Assembly (NCBI GenBank): GCA_024639505.1
Contig: JAHEIE010000024.1
Span: forward strand, 1-46,644
Reading direction: 5' to 3'
Length of the DNA: 46,644 nucleotides
From: Crocinitomicaceae bacterium
GTDB lineage: Bacteria; Bacteroidota; Bacteroidia; Flavobacteriales_D; CAJJDF01
Shown: positions 20,671-30,399 of the stretch, piece after piece
Position numbering within the stretch: the first letter of the stretch is position 1
Layout of the letters: the number at the start of each line of letters is the position of its first letter
Position numbers and translations under genes: made by a program
Notes under the pieces: generated by a model
What the model saw: only the letters and a program-made list of their open reading frames with translations
Told to the model about the DNA's origin: nothing
The model's database searches: none

Positions 20671-22008
20671 CTACCTCACTTCTTTCTCAACGAACGAAAT
20701 ATTAAAAGATTCTAGCTCTTTTAAAATAGGTTCGTAGTATTTTTTGGAAATAGGAAGATCTACACCAGTTGATTTTATAGTTCCATCTAAAATTAATTTA
20801 CAACAAATCCCTACGGGTAATCCCACAGTATTACTCATTGCGGTATAAGTTTGATCTTCTCCTATCGAAACCATGCTCGAATGAACTTCCTTGGTTTCTC
20901 CTTGCTTATTCCTATAAATTAATTTGTGCCACATCACTATCATATCCTTGTCTTCGGGCTCTAGTGTCCACTTTTCTTCTAATATTTTTTGTAGAATTTG
21001 GGCTGGCGTAGCATTTTTCAAACCTACTTTAGTTTCCTCAAATATTCCTAACCAAACAAGCTTTTCCCATAGAGTATCATCTTGTTCAATTTTCAGGTAA
21101 TGCCTCAATTTTAACTCAACTGAATCGGATGGGCTATAAGCCAAAAATGAATTGATAAAATCACGATAGGTCATTTCTTCTGTGTTTTCCATCGTGTAAC
21201 TATCATCCGTTGCTCCAATTTGTACAAATACATCCCAAGCTCTAGAAAAACCAACTCTTCGCAGTGTTCCTCTGTAAATTGTATTGATATTTTCTAATCC
21301 ATATACAGATTGGTATTTTAAAGAATCTCTATTTGCTATCCCTTCAAATTTTCCAAAACCATCAATATCTATAAACTCTGTTCTACGAAATAGCTTGTTG
21401 TATGGAATGTATTTGAATTGATTCTCTTCTATAAACTTAGCAGAACCTCCTTGACCAGCAATTACTACATTTCTCGGATTCCAAGTAAACTTATAGTTCC
21501 AAGGATTATTATCGCTATCAGGCGCAACCAAACCACCCGTAAACGATTCAAAGTTTAGAATTTCCCCTCCGTCTTCCTTAATCTCATTAATCAATTTCAT
21601 GGCACTCATATGATCAATACCCGGATCTACACCTAGCTCATTCATTACAAGCACTCCTGCCTCCTTGGCTGCCGAATCCAAAGCTTTTACTTCGGGAGAA
21701 ATATAAGAAGGAGTTACCACATTTTTTTTCTGATTAATAGCTTCTTCTATAACATGAATATGGAAACTTGCTGGAAGCATGGAAACAATTAAATCTGCTT
21801 GTGACACCTCTTGTTTTACTTGATCTTTATTAAAAACATCAAATTGAACTGCCACAGCTAATTCATGATTTGCAATTTTACTTTCGGCCATTTTTACGTC
21901 CATATCGCATACCCTTATCAACCAATTATTCTGTTTTGCCTGATGTAACATATACCTTATAAGACTAGAGGACGAGCGTCCAGCTCCCAAAATCGCGATT
22001 TTTTTCAT
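20671..22008 (-). CDS. Saccharopine dehydrogenase family protein
   Basis: Rossmann GAGRSS, ELGVDPGIDHMSA, SFTGGL, YKFTWNPRNV, RGTLR and AMSNTVGLP. Confidence 0.92.
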   Translation of the reverse strand: MKKIAILGAGRSSSSLIRYMLHQAKQNNWLIRVCDMDVKMAESKIANHELAVAVQFDVFNKDQVKQEVSQADLIVSMLPASFHIHVIEEAINQKKNVVTPSYISPEVKALDSAAKEAGVLVMNELGVDPGIDHMSAMKLINEIKEDGGEILNFESFTGGLVAPDSDNNPWNYKFTWNPRNVVIAGQGGSAKFIEENQFKYIPYNKLFRRTEFIDIDGFGKFEGIANRDSLKYQSVYGLENINTIYRGTLRRVGFSRAWDVFVQIGATDDSYTMENTEEMTYRDFINSFLAYSPSDSVELKLRHYLKIEQDDTLWEKLVWLGIFEETKVGLKNATPAQILQKILEEKWTLEPEDKDMIVMWHKLIYRNKQGETKEVHSSMVSIGEDQTYTAMSNTVGLPVGICCKLILDGTIKSTGVDLPISKKYYEPILKELESFNISFVEKEVR

Positions 22009-22143
22009 AGATTATTATCTGTTTTCTCGAAATTAAGGTTTTCACAAATACTTTGCAACTTGTTAAATTTTATTGTTATTAACAACTAACAAAATAGGTG
22101 CAGATTGAAGATAAAACTCTTCATTTCTTATAACTTTACAAAC

Positions 22144-23943
22144 ATGAAAAAATCAATAAACATAGGTTACGAGCAACGAATAGAAGTCCTTTCTGTTCTT
22201 GAAAAAAAACAAGAATCTATTTTGAAAAATATTTTACTCGGTAGAGTATCAAGTTTCATAATCCTAATCTTGCTGGTTGCCTTTTCTATCTATACAAATT
22301 CTGGCGCGGTGCTTTGGTTCAGCTTATTTCCATTTTTGGGTTTTGCTTTGCTGCTTATAAAAAACAGAAAAGAGAATGCAAAGCTACTTTTGATTCAAAA
22401 AAAAATAAGTACAAATAAAGAAGAATTACAATACCTCAAATCCGATTTTTCTCCTTTCGAAAACGGAACAAATTTCATTGATTCCAGTCATAATTTCTCT
22501 CATGATTTGGATGTGTTTGGAAAAGGTTCTCTTTTTCAATCTATCAACAGAACTAGTTCATCCGAATCTGAAGAAACACTTGCCAAACTCCTACAACACC
22601 CTTTTGTTTCTGAAAATGAAATTCTTGAAAGACAAAAAGGAATAGCTGAGTTGACATCCAAAGTGGAATGGCGAGAGGAATTCAGAGCTACAGGAAAGTT
22701 GTTTGCTACACAAAAAAACAAAACTGAATTAGTTTCTGGATGGAACAAAGAGGAAATTCCTGGTTTTGAAAACTTGAAATTATGGAAATTTATCCTCTGG
22801 GGAATTCCTGTTTTTATGTGCTTAATATTCATCTTGGCATATTTTGCTTATCTACCCTGGGGTGTAGCTATTTTGGCGGCAAGTATTCCTTTGGGGCTGT
22901 TAGGAAATAAACTAAAACTAATTAACAAACAACACTCAAAAATCTCTCAATTTCTTCCTGTTCTTCAACAAAACTCGCAGCTCACTAAATTGATTGAAGA
23001 CGAACCTTTTGAATCTACAATTCTACTGGAATTTCAAAAAAAATTAAAGAATAAAAAAAACATTGCTTCGGAAGAAATAAGCGAACTTGCCAAACTCACC
23101 CAGCAGTTAGACAATAGAAGCAACCCAGTATTTGCTATTGTCATGAACGCTCTTTTCATTTGGGACTTGCAATATTTGTTCAGGTTAAAACAGTGGCTCA
23201 CAAAAAACGAAAACAAGTTAAAATACTGGTTAGAAGCTGTGTACAACATAGAAACCTTCCTCAGTCTGGCAACATATTCGTATAACAATCCAACTTTCTC
23301 TCAAGCCATTCCATCTTCTGAATCAGTAATAAAAACCATAAAATTGGCTCACCCACTTTTGCCAAACAAAACACGAATCGCAAATGATTTCGAAACTAAA
23401 AATCTTCAAGAATTTGAAATAATTACGGGAGCCAACATGGCTGGTAAAAGCACATTTTTAAGAGCTATTGGGATTAATTTAATTTTAGCGAATTGCGGAG
23501 CTCCAGTTTGTGCAGAGTTCTTTAGTTTTAATCCTATCACAATTTTCTCTAGCATGAGAACTTCTGATTCATTGAAAAACAACGAATCATATTTTTACTC
23601 TGAACTAAAAAGACTTCAAACGATTGTTGAGAAATTAAAAACTGGTGAGAAACTTTTTGTAATTCTAGACGAAATTTTAAAAGGAACAAATTCAAAAGAC
23701 AAGGCCGAAGGGTCTAAAAAATTCGTGAAACAAATTCTAAAATATCAAGCTGCGGGAATTATAGCTACACATGATTTATCGCTCTGTTCTCTTAGAGATG
23801 AATTTCCTGAGCAAATAAAAAACAAGTATTTTGATGTAGAAATTGAAAACGACCAATTGGTATTCGATTACAAACTAAAAAACGGAATCTGTTCCAACAT
23901 GAATGCCGAATTTCTGATGAAGAAAATGGGCATTACGAATTGA
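22144..23943 (+). CDS. Membrane-anchored MutS-related ATPase (TM helices plus MutS domain V; not canonical MutS)
   Basis: Two hydrophobic hairpins, DLDVFGKGSLFQ, Walker A TGANMAGKST, ESYFYSEL, LDEILKGTNS and IATHD; no mismatch-recognition domain. ATG at 22144. Confidence 0.88.
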   Translation: MKKSINIGYEQRIEVLSVLEKKQESILKNILLGRVSSFIILILLVAFSIYTNSGAVLWFSLFPFLGFALLLIKNRKENAKLLLIQKKISTNKEELQYLKSDFSPFENGTNFIDSSHNFSHDLDVFGKGSLFQSINRTSSSESEETLAKLLQHPFVSENEILERQKGIAELTSKVEWREEFRATGKLFATQKNKTELVSGWNKEEIPGFENLKLWKFILWGIPVFMCLIFILAYFAYLPWGVAILAASIPLGLLGNKLKLINKQHSKISQFLPVLQQNSQLTKLIEDEPFESTILLEFQKKLKNKKNIASEEISELAKLTQQLDNRSNPVFAIVMNALFIWDLQYLFRLKQWLTKNENKLKYWLEAVYNIETFLSLATYSYNNPTFSQAIPSSESVIKTIKLAHPLLPNKTRIANDFETKNLQEFEIITGANMAGKSTFLRAIGINLILANCGAPVCAEFFSFNPITIFSSMRTSDSLKNNESYFYSELKRLQTIVEKLKTGEKLFVILDEILKGTNSKDKAEGSKKFVKQILKYQAAGIIATHDLSLCSLRDEFPEQIKNKYFDVEIENDQLVFDYKLKNGICSNMNAEFLMKKMGITN

Positions 23944-23944
23944 T

Positions 23945-24109
23945 CTACTTCAAGTATTTCAATACAATAAGAATGACACAAAAAATAAACAAATAGATTG
24001 AAAGCCTATTAATTCCCTGCATCGTTTTATGTGAAGCATTTAAGTTTTCGGATTCCTCTTTCTGAAACAATGTTTTAGGATTGAGGTAATAGATTATTTT
24101 TTTTAACAT
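23945..24109 (-). CDS. Small membrane protein, DUF6728-like (54 aa; absent from the ORF track)
   Basis: Translated by hand: MLKKIIYYLNPKTLFQKEESENLNASHKTMQGINRLSIYLFIFCVILIVLKYLK*. It fills the intergenic gap and has M-x-G-I-N-R-x-S followed by a TM helix. Confidence 0.75.
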   Translation of the reverse strand: MLKKIIYYLNPKTLFQKEESENLNASHKTMQGINRLSIYLFIFCVILIVLKYLK

Positions 24110-24163
24110 ACGTTCATTTTGTGATTATGATGGCTAAAATTAAGGCAAAAAAAAGTAGAAAGC

Positions 24164-26239
24164 TTAAAACAAGTATCTAAATACAACTTTGACATCAGAA
24201 CGAACATTCCCTTGAATTTCTTCTAATCCGCTTAATAAAGTTTCTTCGTTTCGGTAATTCCAAACTCCGTAGCGAATCCAAAAATCAAACTTTTTGCGGT
24301 ATTTGTAGCGCGCTGTGAGATAAAAACGAGAACCAACTTTGTAGTATGCCGGAATGTAAAAATAATACAACACATCATTTTCATAAGCATAAATACGGGC
24401 ATTAAACGACTGAGCATCAAACAATGCATATCTTGCAGTAAACGAATAGGATTTTGATTTTGGTTTAAAAACTACATCCTGATAAGCCAAGAATCCATAT
24501 TCCGATTTTGTATCTCCCTTTTTGTATTTAGTAACTTCCACTCTATTTCTCAAACTCAAATAATCAGTAATTTTCATCGATACATTTAGCCTATAATTCG
24601 TCCGATATTCTTGAGTCAATTGATAAATTGCGCTTTCTACTTGGCTGTTGTTCACCTCCCTTTCTTGCCTTCTGTATCGAAAATATGCCGTAAAATTTCT
24701 TGACTTTCTGTAACTCAATTGAGTTATGAACTCCTTTCCTCCAGAGTTTGGTGAATACGCCTGAAATCGCATCCAAGGAAAAGTGAAAAAATCCATTGAA
24801 CCTGTCAAAGTAAAACTCTTGTTGAGCTTTGCTTCCACCCCCATAAATATCCCTTTTTCGTTCCATGAATTGCTACTTTCTGCCAATCCATTACTTAGTA
24901 AGTTTTGATATTCTTTTCCGTAATTTCTGTGGAGCATTGTAAACGAAAGCCTAGAATCTAATGACAATAGCACACCATTTACATAAGCAATCCCTCCATT
25001 TTGACTTCGAGAAAACTCTCCGAAAAAATTAAAATTTCGAAGCACATAATTGTAATCAACACCGGCCACAAAATTTTGATTGGAAGCAAATTCGAATTGA
25101 TTGTAAAAACTTAATTTCCTGTCAAACTCTCCTCCGTAGCGAGAAGCAAAACCGTTGGCACCAATTCTAAGAGCCGAGCTTATGTACTCAATTCTACCAC
25201 CAAAATGAGTTTCAAGAATAGCATCCTTGTTTTCGTATTCAGATTGTGTTCTGTGAAAACCGCTATTTTGTAAGGAAGAAAATGCAACTTCATTGGTCAC
25301 ATTATCAAGAGTATCGGTAACATTTGCATCTAATTTTTTGCGCGAATAAAAAGCCGAAAGATGTATTTTTTCTGTTAGTGCAAAGGTTGCCGCTCCACCT
25401 CTCAAAAAATTATTTTCATCGGCAGAAGCATACTGCCTTATTCCCACAGGATTTCTTTTTACCGTACTTACATCCACCGATTTACCAAAAGCCAAACCAC
25501 TCCAAAGTGTTAGACCTTGACCAACTTGGAAGTGATAATCTCCCAAAGCCAAAGCTTTTAATCGTCCAAAATCTTTGAGATAAAAATGTGCCGAATAATA
25601 ATCGAATCCTTGCTTTTGATCGCCTCTAAAAAACTGTTCGCCTTGATCTTTTTCGCCAGTTATCCCTACACTTATTTTATTTAAATACCGAAATCTGTAA
25701 CGAACAAACAATTTATCGGGGCTACCCAAATAACGAGTATCATCCTCATTTTCTTTGGCAGAATATCCTTTTTTCTGTTGCAAGTCGCGGATATTCCTCA
25801 TGTATAATTCATTAGAACTATTCTTCATTATTTCTTTGAAAGAAACATTTGGAGCAAACAATTCGGAAGAAACCATTGAAAAAGGAAGGAAATTTCGAAT
25901 GGTAGGTAAATCAAACATTTCCACGGATTGTAATTCGTAAATCGTCATCAACTTTCCGTTTTCCTCAATGTGTTTTTTGAGATTTACAACTTGTATTTCC
26001 GACAACAAACCGAGTTCTAGTAAAACATCTACCTGCTTTGTTTGATTAAGATTTACGGGGTGGTCATAGTAGTAATATAAATTATCGAAGAGTGTGGAAT
26101 AATCTATACTTTCATTGTCACCGCCTATGTACTCAATCCTCTGTTCGATGATTTCGTTTTTCTCTTCCGATTTGGTTTGAGAATATCCCAAAGAAGCAAA
26201 TCCCAGAAAAAATAATAGTATGTGCGATTTCAAAATCAT
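24164..26239 (-). CDS. Helix-hairpin-helix (ComEA-like) domain fused to an outer-membrane beta-barrel
   Basis: Signal peptide, PVNLN...LLELGLLSE...IYELQSV HhH region, EKDQGE, LGDYHFQVGQGL and terminal RYLF. Confidence 0.78.
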   Translation of the reverse strand: MILKSHILLFFLGFASLGYSQTKSEEKNEIIEQRIEYIGGDNESIDYSTLFDNLYYYYDHPVNLNQTKQVDVLLELGLLSEIQVVNLKKHIEENGKLMTIYELQSVEMFDLPTIRNFLPFSMVSSELFAPNVSFKEIMKNSSNELYMRNIRDLQQKKGYSAKENEDDTRYLGSPDKLFVRYRFRYLNKISVGITGEKDQGEQFFRGDQKQGFDYYSAHFYLKDFGRLKALALGDYHFQVGQGLTLWSGLAFGKSVDVSTVKRNPVGIRQYASADENNFLRGGAATFALTEKIHLSAFYSRKKLDANVTDTLDNVTNEVAFSSLQNSGFHRTQSEYENKDAILETHFGGRIEYISSALRIGANGFASRYGGEFDRKLSFYNQFEFASNQNFVAGVDYNYVLRNFNFFGEFSRSQNGGIAYVNGVLLSLDSRLSFTMLHRNYGKEYQNLLSNGLAESSNSWNEKGIFMGVEAKLNKSFTLTGSMDFFTFPWMRFQAYSPNSGGKEFITQLSYRKSRNFTAYFRYRRQEREVNNSQVESAIYQLTQEYRTNYRLNVSMKITDYLSLRNRVEVTKYKKGDTKSEYGFLAYQDVVFKPKSKSYSFTARYALFDAQSFNARIYAYENDVLYYFYIPAYYKVGSRFYLTARYKYRKKFDFWIRYGVWNYRNEETLLSGLEEIQGNVRSDVKVVFRYLF

Positions 26240-26242
26240 TGG

Positions 26243-27049
26243 CTATAAGGAATATCTTAAGCCCAAGGAAGGTGTAATTCCTAATGTGGGATGAAATGCC
26301 GAAGAAAAATCGAGTTTAAATTTTCCCTTTGCAACACCAAAACCTATAGTTGGCATCGAGGGATTTGTGATAATTCCGGCACGCAAATACAAATTTTCTA
26401 TCGGAAAATACTCTATTCCAATCTTAATAGAAAAAGGAAGGTCTATGTCTTTTTCTACCTCCACATTTCCGGTTACTTTATCAGAAAATTTGTAGGCCAT
26501 TCCAAGATTCAACACTACAGGAATTTCCTCGTTTTGATAATCGTTGAGTTTGGTTTGAGATGGGTTGAACAAATGAAATCCAATTTGAATATTTTTTGTT
26601 GGCTTGGCCAAAAAACCAATTTCAAAAGATAGGTTCTGTGCTCTACCATAGTTATTTCCGAGGTTCAACGAGTGATAGTTGAGCCGAATACCTAAATTCA
26701 CTTTCTCTGAGAGTTTCATGCCATAACCAAGACCTATTTTGGACTCACGGTACAAATTATCGCCAACTCCTGTATAATTAAAGCCAAAAGTTCCTCTTTG
26801 TGTTGGGATTGCGATAGCTAATGATTGAATGCCCAAAGATTGTAACAAAAATCTACTTTCGTAAGAAGCTCCAAAACTAATTGAATTCACATCGGCCAAT
26901 GCAGCTTGATTGTATCGAATTGCCCAAACATCGGCAATACAAAGCCCTGTATTCCCCATTCCCGTTGCTCGCCCACCAATATTAAAATTATCATTACCCG
27001 AAAATAAGACAGTAGGAATCAAGAAAATGGAAAGAAATAACTTTTTCAT
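26243..27049 (-). CDS. Outer-membrane barrel, PorV/PorQ/FadL-like
   Basis: Signal peptide, GGRATGMG...YNQAALA hatch-like motif and beta-strand pattern; 3 nt from the HhH gene. Confidence 0.65.
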   Translation of the reverse strand: MKKLFLSIFLIPTVLFSGNDNFNIGGRATGMGNTGLCIADVWAIRYNQAALADVNSISFGASYESRFLLQSLGIQSLAIAIPTQRGTFGFNYTGVGDNLYRESKIGLGYGMKLSEKVNLGIRLNYHSLNLGNNYGRAQNLSFEIGFLAKPTKNIQIGFHLFNPSQTKLNDYQNEEIPVVLNLGMAYKFSDKVTGNVEVEKDIDLPFSIKIGIEYFPIENLYLRAGIITNPSMPTIGFGVAKGKFKLDFSSAFHPTLGITPSLGLRYSL

Positions 27050-27160
27050 CAAAGGCCAGTTTCCTTAAATATAAGCCAATTGAAAAGTTTTAGAAAGGAA
27101 TAGAGTTTTTAAATGTGATTAAAAAACCATTTTTAGGAAGAAAAAATTAGAAAAATCGTC

Positions 27161-28888
27161 TTAATTCCTTGCGTATTTCCTTCTTCTCAAGAAATTATAA
27201 AGCAATCCAAAAACAACCATCACAAAAATAGGGACGAACACATTAATTGCTTTCCAAAAGCTACGTTCTTTCTTTACTTTTGCCTTGTCAAGTGGGCGCA
27301 ATGTTATGGTTTTGCTTCTTAGTGGAATTAGATCATCAGTTCCCATTAGGCTTTCCATTGCATTCACAAAAAATTCTTTGTTTCCGTATGTTGCACTTCT
27401 ATCATACCTATCAAAATTGATATTCATTGGGCGCACAATCATTACTCCTTTGTTATTGGGAAATGAATCTACCTCTCCATGAATTATGTCACCGTCACTA
27501 ATTACGAGCATGCTGTTTTCCACACTTTCGTTTTTGTGTTTTATAGGCGTGTTTTTGAAATAAGTATCTGTTAATCGGTTTCTAAAACTAGATTTAAAAG
27601 TCCCCGTAAGCATTGCTGCAACAGTCTGGTATGGCTGAGAATTATATTTTAATGCTTCTGGTTTCAGGTTTATCATTTGATAATTTATCCTCACCGGAAC
27701 TTTATAAGTCATAGCATTTTCTGAACTTTGTAAAAGTGCAGTTTTTGTTACATTTTCTGTCTTCAACAAATCCAAAGTACCCGCATATTTTAATCGAATA
27801 GGATCCAAATTATCTACTACCGTGTTTTTTATCCTCCACGAATTCATTACCGGATGATAATACCAAGGATACAAGTTTCCTCCCAAGGGGATTTTTGCCG
27901 AATTAACATCAATAAGTAGGTTTTTATTGAAACGCACTCCGTAATTAAACAACTGTGCATCAATATCATTTAGATTTCTTTCTAATCCAAAAGTCTCTTC
28001 GTTTCTATTCAAAGAATCGATATCTACTTCTACCATATCTAGCAACCATGCCACTTTTCCACCATTCATAATAAACTGATCGATGATGTATTTATCCTTC
28101 TCAGAAATAGGCTGAGTTGGTTTCGCTACAACTAATGCATCAAATGATTTTAGTGCGTTTATCCTTCCCTCAATAGTTACATCTTCTACAGCATGAAACT
28201 TGGATAATTCATAGGTCACATCATACCTTTCAATTTCTTTGAGCTCACCGTGGCCTTGTAAAAAAGCTATCTTTTTTCTGTTCGGGCTAACTGCTTTGTA
28301 AATTCCCTCAAGTAATTGATATTCCAAGTCGTTTATCAAAGCTTCTATCGGAATCAAATCAATTGGAACTGGAATAGCGATTCCAGAGTTAGGATCTAAG
28401 TTACTTGGTCCCAAAATTTGAATTGGAATGTTTTTGTTATCAACTGTTCTGAGGATAATCCCTCCAAACAATAAATTATCTTTTTTTGTACCTCCCACAA
28501 TCGAAGTTACTTTGGTTGGTTTCAATCCAAACTCATACAACTGGGTATAAACTTCGTTTTTTCGAGTTTCATCTTCAGCAGGATCAATAAATTCATAATA
28601 AATATTTGCTCCACCAAAAGCCTCTAGTTCACTCAGTTTTTCTTGCAAAGCAGATTGTAATTTTCTCAATTCGGGAGGTAAATCTCCTTCAAGGTAAACC
28701 TCGAATCGCAATTCATCTGAAATCAAGGAATCATTTTCAAGTATTTCTATCGTTTTGTCCGAAAGAGAATGAATCTTTTCTTCGGTAAGATCTACTCTAA
28801 AAAACTTCTTCGAACCGATGTAGTTTACCAGTAAAACAACCATGGCAACTGCCAAAATCTGAACCCCTAATTTTGTAGTTCCACTCAT
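27161..28888 (-). CDS. gldG: Gliding motility-associated ABC transporter auxiliary component GldG
   Basis: RVDLTEEKIHSLS, IAFLQGHGEL, IDQFIMNGG, LVISDGD and a C-terminal TM helix; 1-nt overlap with gldF. Confidence 0.93.
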   Translation of the reverse strand: MSGTTKLGVQILAVAMVVLLVNYIGSKKFFRVDLTEEKIHSLSDKTIEILENDSLISDELRFEVYLEGDLPPELRKLQSALQEKLSELEAFGGANIYYEFIDPAEDETRKNEVYTQLYEFGLKPTKVTSIVGGTKKDNLLFGGIILRTVDNKNIPIQILGPSNLDPNSGIAIPVPIDLIPIEALINDLEYQLLEGIYKAVSPNRKKIAFLQGHGELKEIERYDVTYELSKFHAVEDVTIEGRINALKSFDALVVAKPTQPISEKDKYIIDQFIMNGGKVAWLLDMVEVDIDSLNRNEETFGLERNLNDIDAQLFNYGVRFNKNLLIDVNSAKIPLGGNLYPWYYHPVMNSWRIKNTVVDNLDPIRLKYAGTLDLLKTENVTKTALLQSSENAMTYKVPVRINYQMINLKPEALKYNSQPYQTVAAMLTGTFKSSFRNRLTDTYFKNTPIKHKNESVENSMLVISDGDIIHGEVDSFPNNKGVMIVRPMNINFDRYDRSATYGNKEFFVNAMESLMGTDDLIPLRSKTITLRPLDKAKVKKERSFWKAINVFVPIFVMVVFGLLYNFLRRRKYARN

Positions 28889-29616
28889 TATTTCCCTCTT
28901 TTTAAACTCAGTTTTGTAGCCAATAAAAATACGACTATCAAACTAATGAAGTACAACAAATCACGACTATCAATTACTCCTCGCTGAATAGATGCGTAAT
29001 GCTCTTCGATGCCAAAGTTTTTAATTAAATATGCGGTTTCTCCAGATTCAATATTATTACCAATAAAATCGAAACCTAAATAAACCATAAAGCACAATAC
29101 AACAGCCACCAAAAACGAAACAATTTGATTGGTAGAAAGCGAAGAAGCAAACAGCCCTACGGATAAAAAACTCGCTCCCAAAAAGAACAAACCGATGTAA
29201 GAACCAATTGTCCCTCCAGAATCAATATTACCAACAGGATTTCCCAACTGAACTACCGAGAAATAGTAAACCAAAGTAGGCAAAAGACTCAAAATCAACA
29301 AAATAATTCCTGCCAAATATTTTGCCAATACAATTTGAAAATCAGTAATTGGTTTGGTGAATAAAAGCTCCAATGTTTGCATTCTGCGTTCTTCAGCGAA
29401 CAAACGCATTGTAATTGCTGGAATCAAAAACAAAAAAATAGCTGGCGCATTGGTAAACAAAAACCCCAAGTCCGAAAATCCTGAATCAAACACATTGGTT
29501 TCTCCTGGGATGACCCACATAAACAAACCAATAGACAATAGAAAGATAACTATGGTAATGTAACCAACCAAAGAGCTAAAAAAACTTCCTACTTCTTTCT
29601 TAATTAATGATAGCAT
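28888..29616 (-). CDS. gldF: Gliding motility-associated ABC transporter permease GldF
   Basis: IKKEVGSFFSS, IPAITMRLFAEE, GLFASSLSTNQIV and RGVIDSRD. Confidence 0.95.
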   Translation of the reverse strand: MLSLIKKEVGSFFSSLVGYITIVIFLLSIGLFMWVIPGETNVFDSGFSDLGFLFTNAPAIFLFLIPAITMRLFAEERRMQTLELLFTKPITDFQIVLAKYLAGIILLILSLLPTLVYYFSVVQLGNPVGNIDSGGTIGSYIGLFFLGASFLSVGLFASSLSTNQIVSFLVAVVLCFMVYLGFDFIGNNIESGETAYLIKNFGIEEHYASIQRGVIDSRDLLYFISLIVVFLLATKLSLKRGK

Positions 29617-29619
29617 GAA

Positions 29620-30273
29620 TTATTTTTTCTTAAATGACATGAGCAAAGAAAATACACGATCAATATCTTCATTCTTCACTACCAATGTAATTTCATTGGT
29701 GGTGGATATGATTTCGAAAATATTGATGTTTTCCCATGCAATTTTCTTTAACAAAAAGTAATAAGCTCCCGGAACATTAAAATCTGGCAACCTTAATGTT
29801 ACAGAGGATAAATCTTCCATTTTGAACAAAAGAGTTTCGTCTTTGAACAACTCGTCTACTTTGTCAGATAATGATTTAATCACCACAATATTTGACTCAT
29901 AAACACCTTGAGAAACTGTACAAAACCCATCTACTTTATCACTTGATTCTTCCAAGAGTTTCATTTGGGCAGTTGCCAAAGTTGGTGAATTTTTAAAAGC
30001 ATAATCATTTAAATTACTTCGAATAATTATATCTCCTAGAGATTTCATGAATTCTTTGATTTTACCATTGATGGAATTAAACTTTTCGAATTCCATTCTG
30101 TTTATGGCCATAACTAAAGCTCCTGTTTTAACTGGCTTCCCTAACTCCTCTTCTACTTTTGGTTGCAACATTCTCGCCAATGAAGAGATATTAATTAAAT
30201 CTTCGGCAATTGATTCTTCCAAAAATGGGGATGCAGATATCTCCTTTTCAATAATTTTTGAAATTGTACTCAT
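29620..30273 (-). CDS. Stand-alone ACT-domain protein with helical N-terminal domain (often mislabelled aspartate kinase); putative regulator
   Basis: 217 aa with no kinase domain. N-terminal INISSLAR...ALVMAINR helices and C-terminal ACT-like PGAYYFLLKKIAWENINIFEIISTTNEITLVV. ATG at 30273. Confidence 0.72.
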   Translation of the reverse strand: MSTISKIIEKEISASPFLEESIAEDLINISSLARMLQPKVEEELGKPVKTGALVMAINRMEFEKFNSINGKIKEFMKSLGDIIIRSNLNDYAFKNSPTLATAQMKLLEESSDKVDGFCTVSQGVYESNIVVIKSLSDKVDELFKDETLLFKMEDLSSVTLRLPDFNVPGAYYFLLKKIAWENINIFEIISTTNEITLVVKNEDIDRVFSLLMSFKKK

Positions 30274-30337
30274 TCTTTTTCTTTTTTCTTCTTTACAGAT
30301 CAAAAATAAGGATGATTTTGTTACTAAAAAAGAGTTT

Positions 30338-30355
30338 TTGTTTCTTTTTTAACAA
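30338..30355. promoter_or_regulatory. Candidate operator TTGTTT-N6-TAACAA upstream of the ACT-domain gene
   Basis: One mismatch from TTGTTA-N6-TAACAA; minus-strand -7 box (TATTTTTG) at 30301-30308. Confidence 0.4.
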
Positions 30356-30399
30356 ATCTTATTAAAAACCTTACTTTTTTATACACTTCTGTTAATAAA

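Noticed and set aside
22144-23943. Canonical mutS partnering the nearby mutL
   Set aside because: It lacks mismatch-recognition and clamp domains and has TM helices, so it belongs to a different MutS subfamily.
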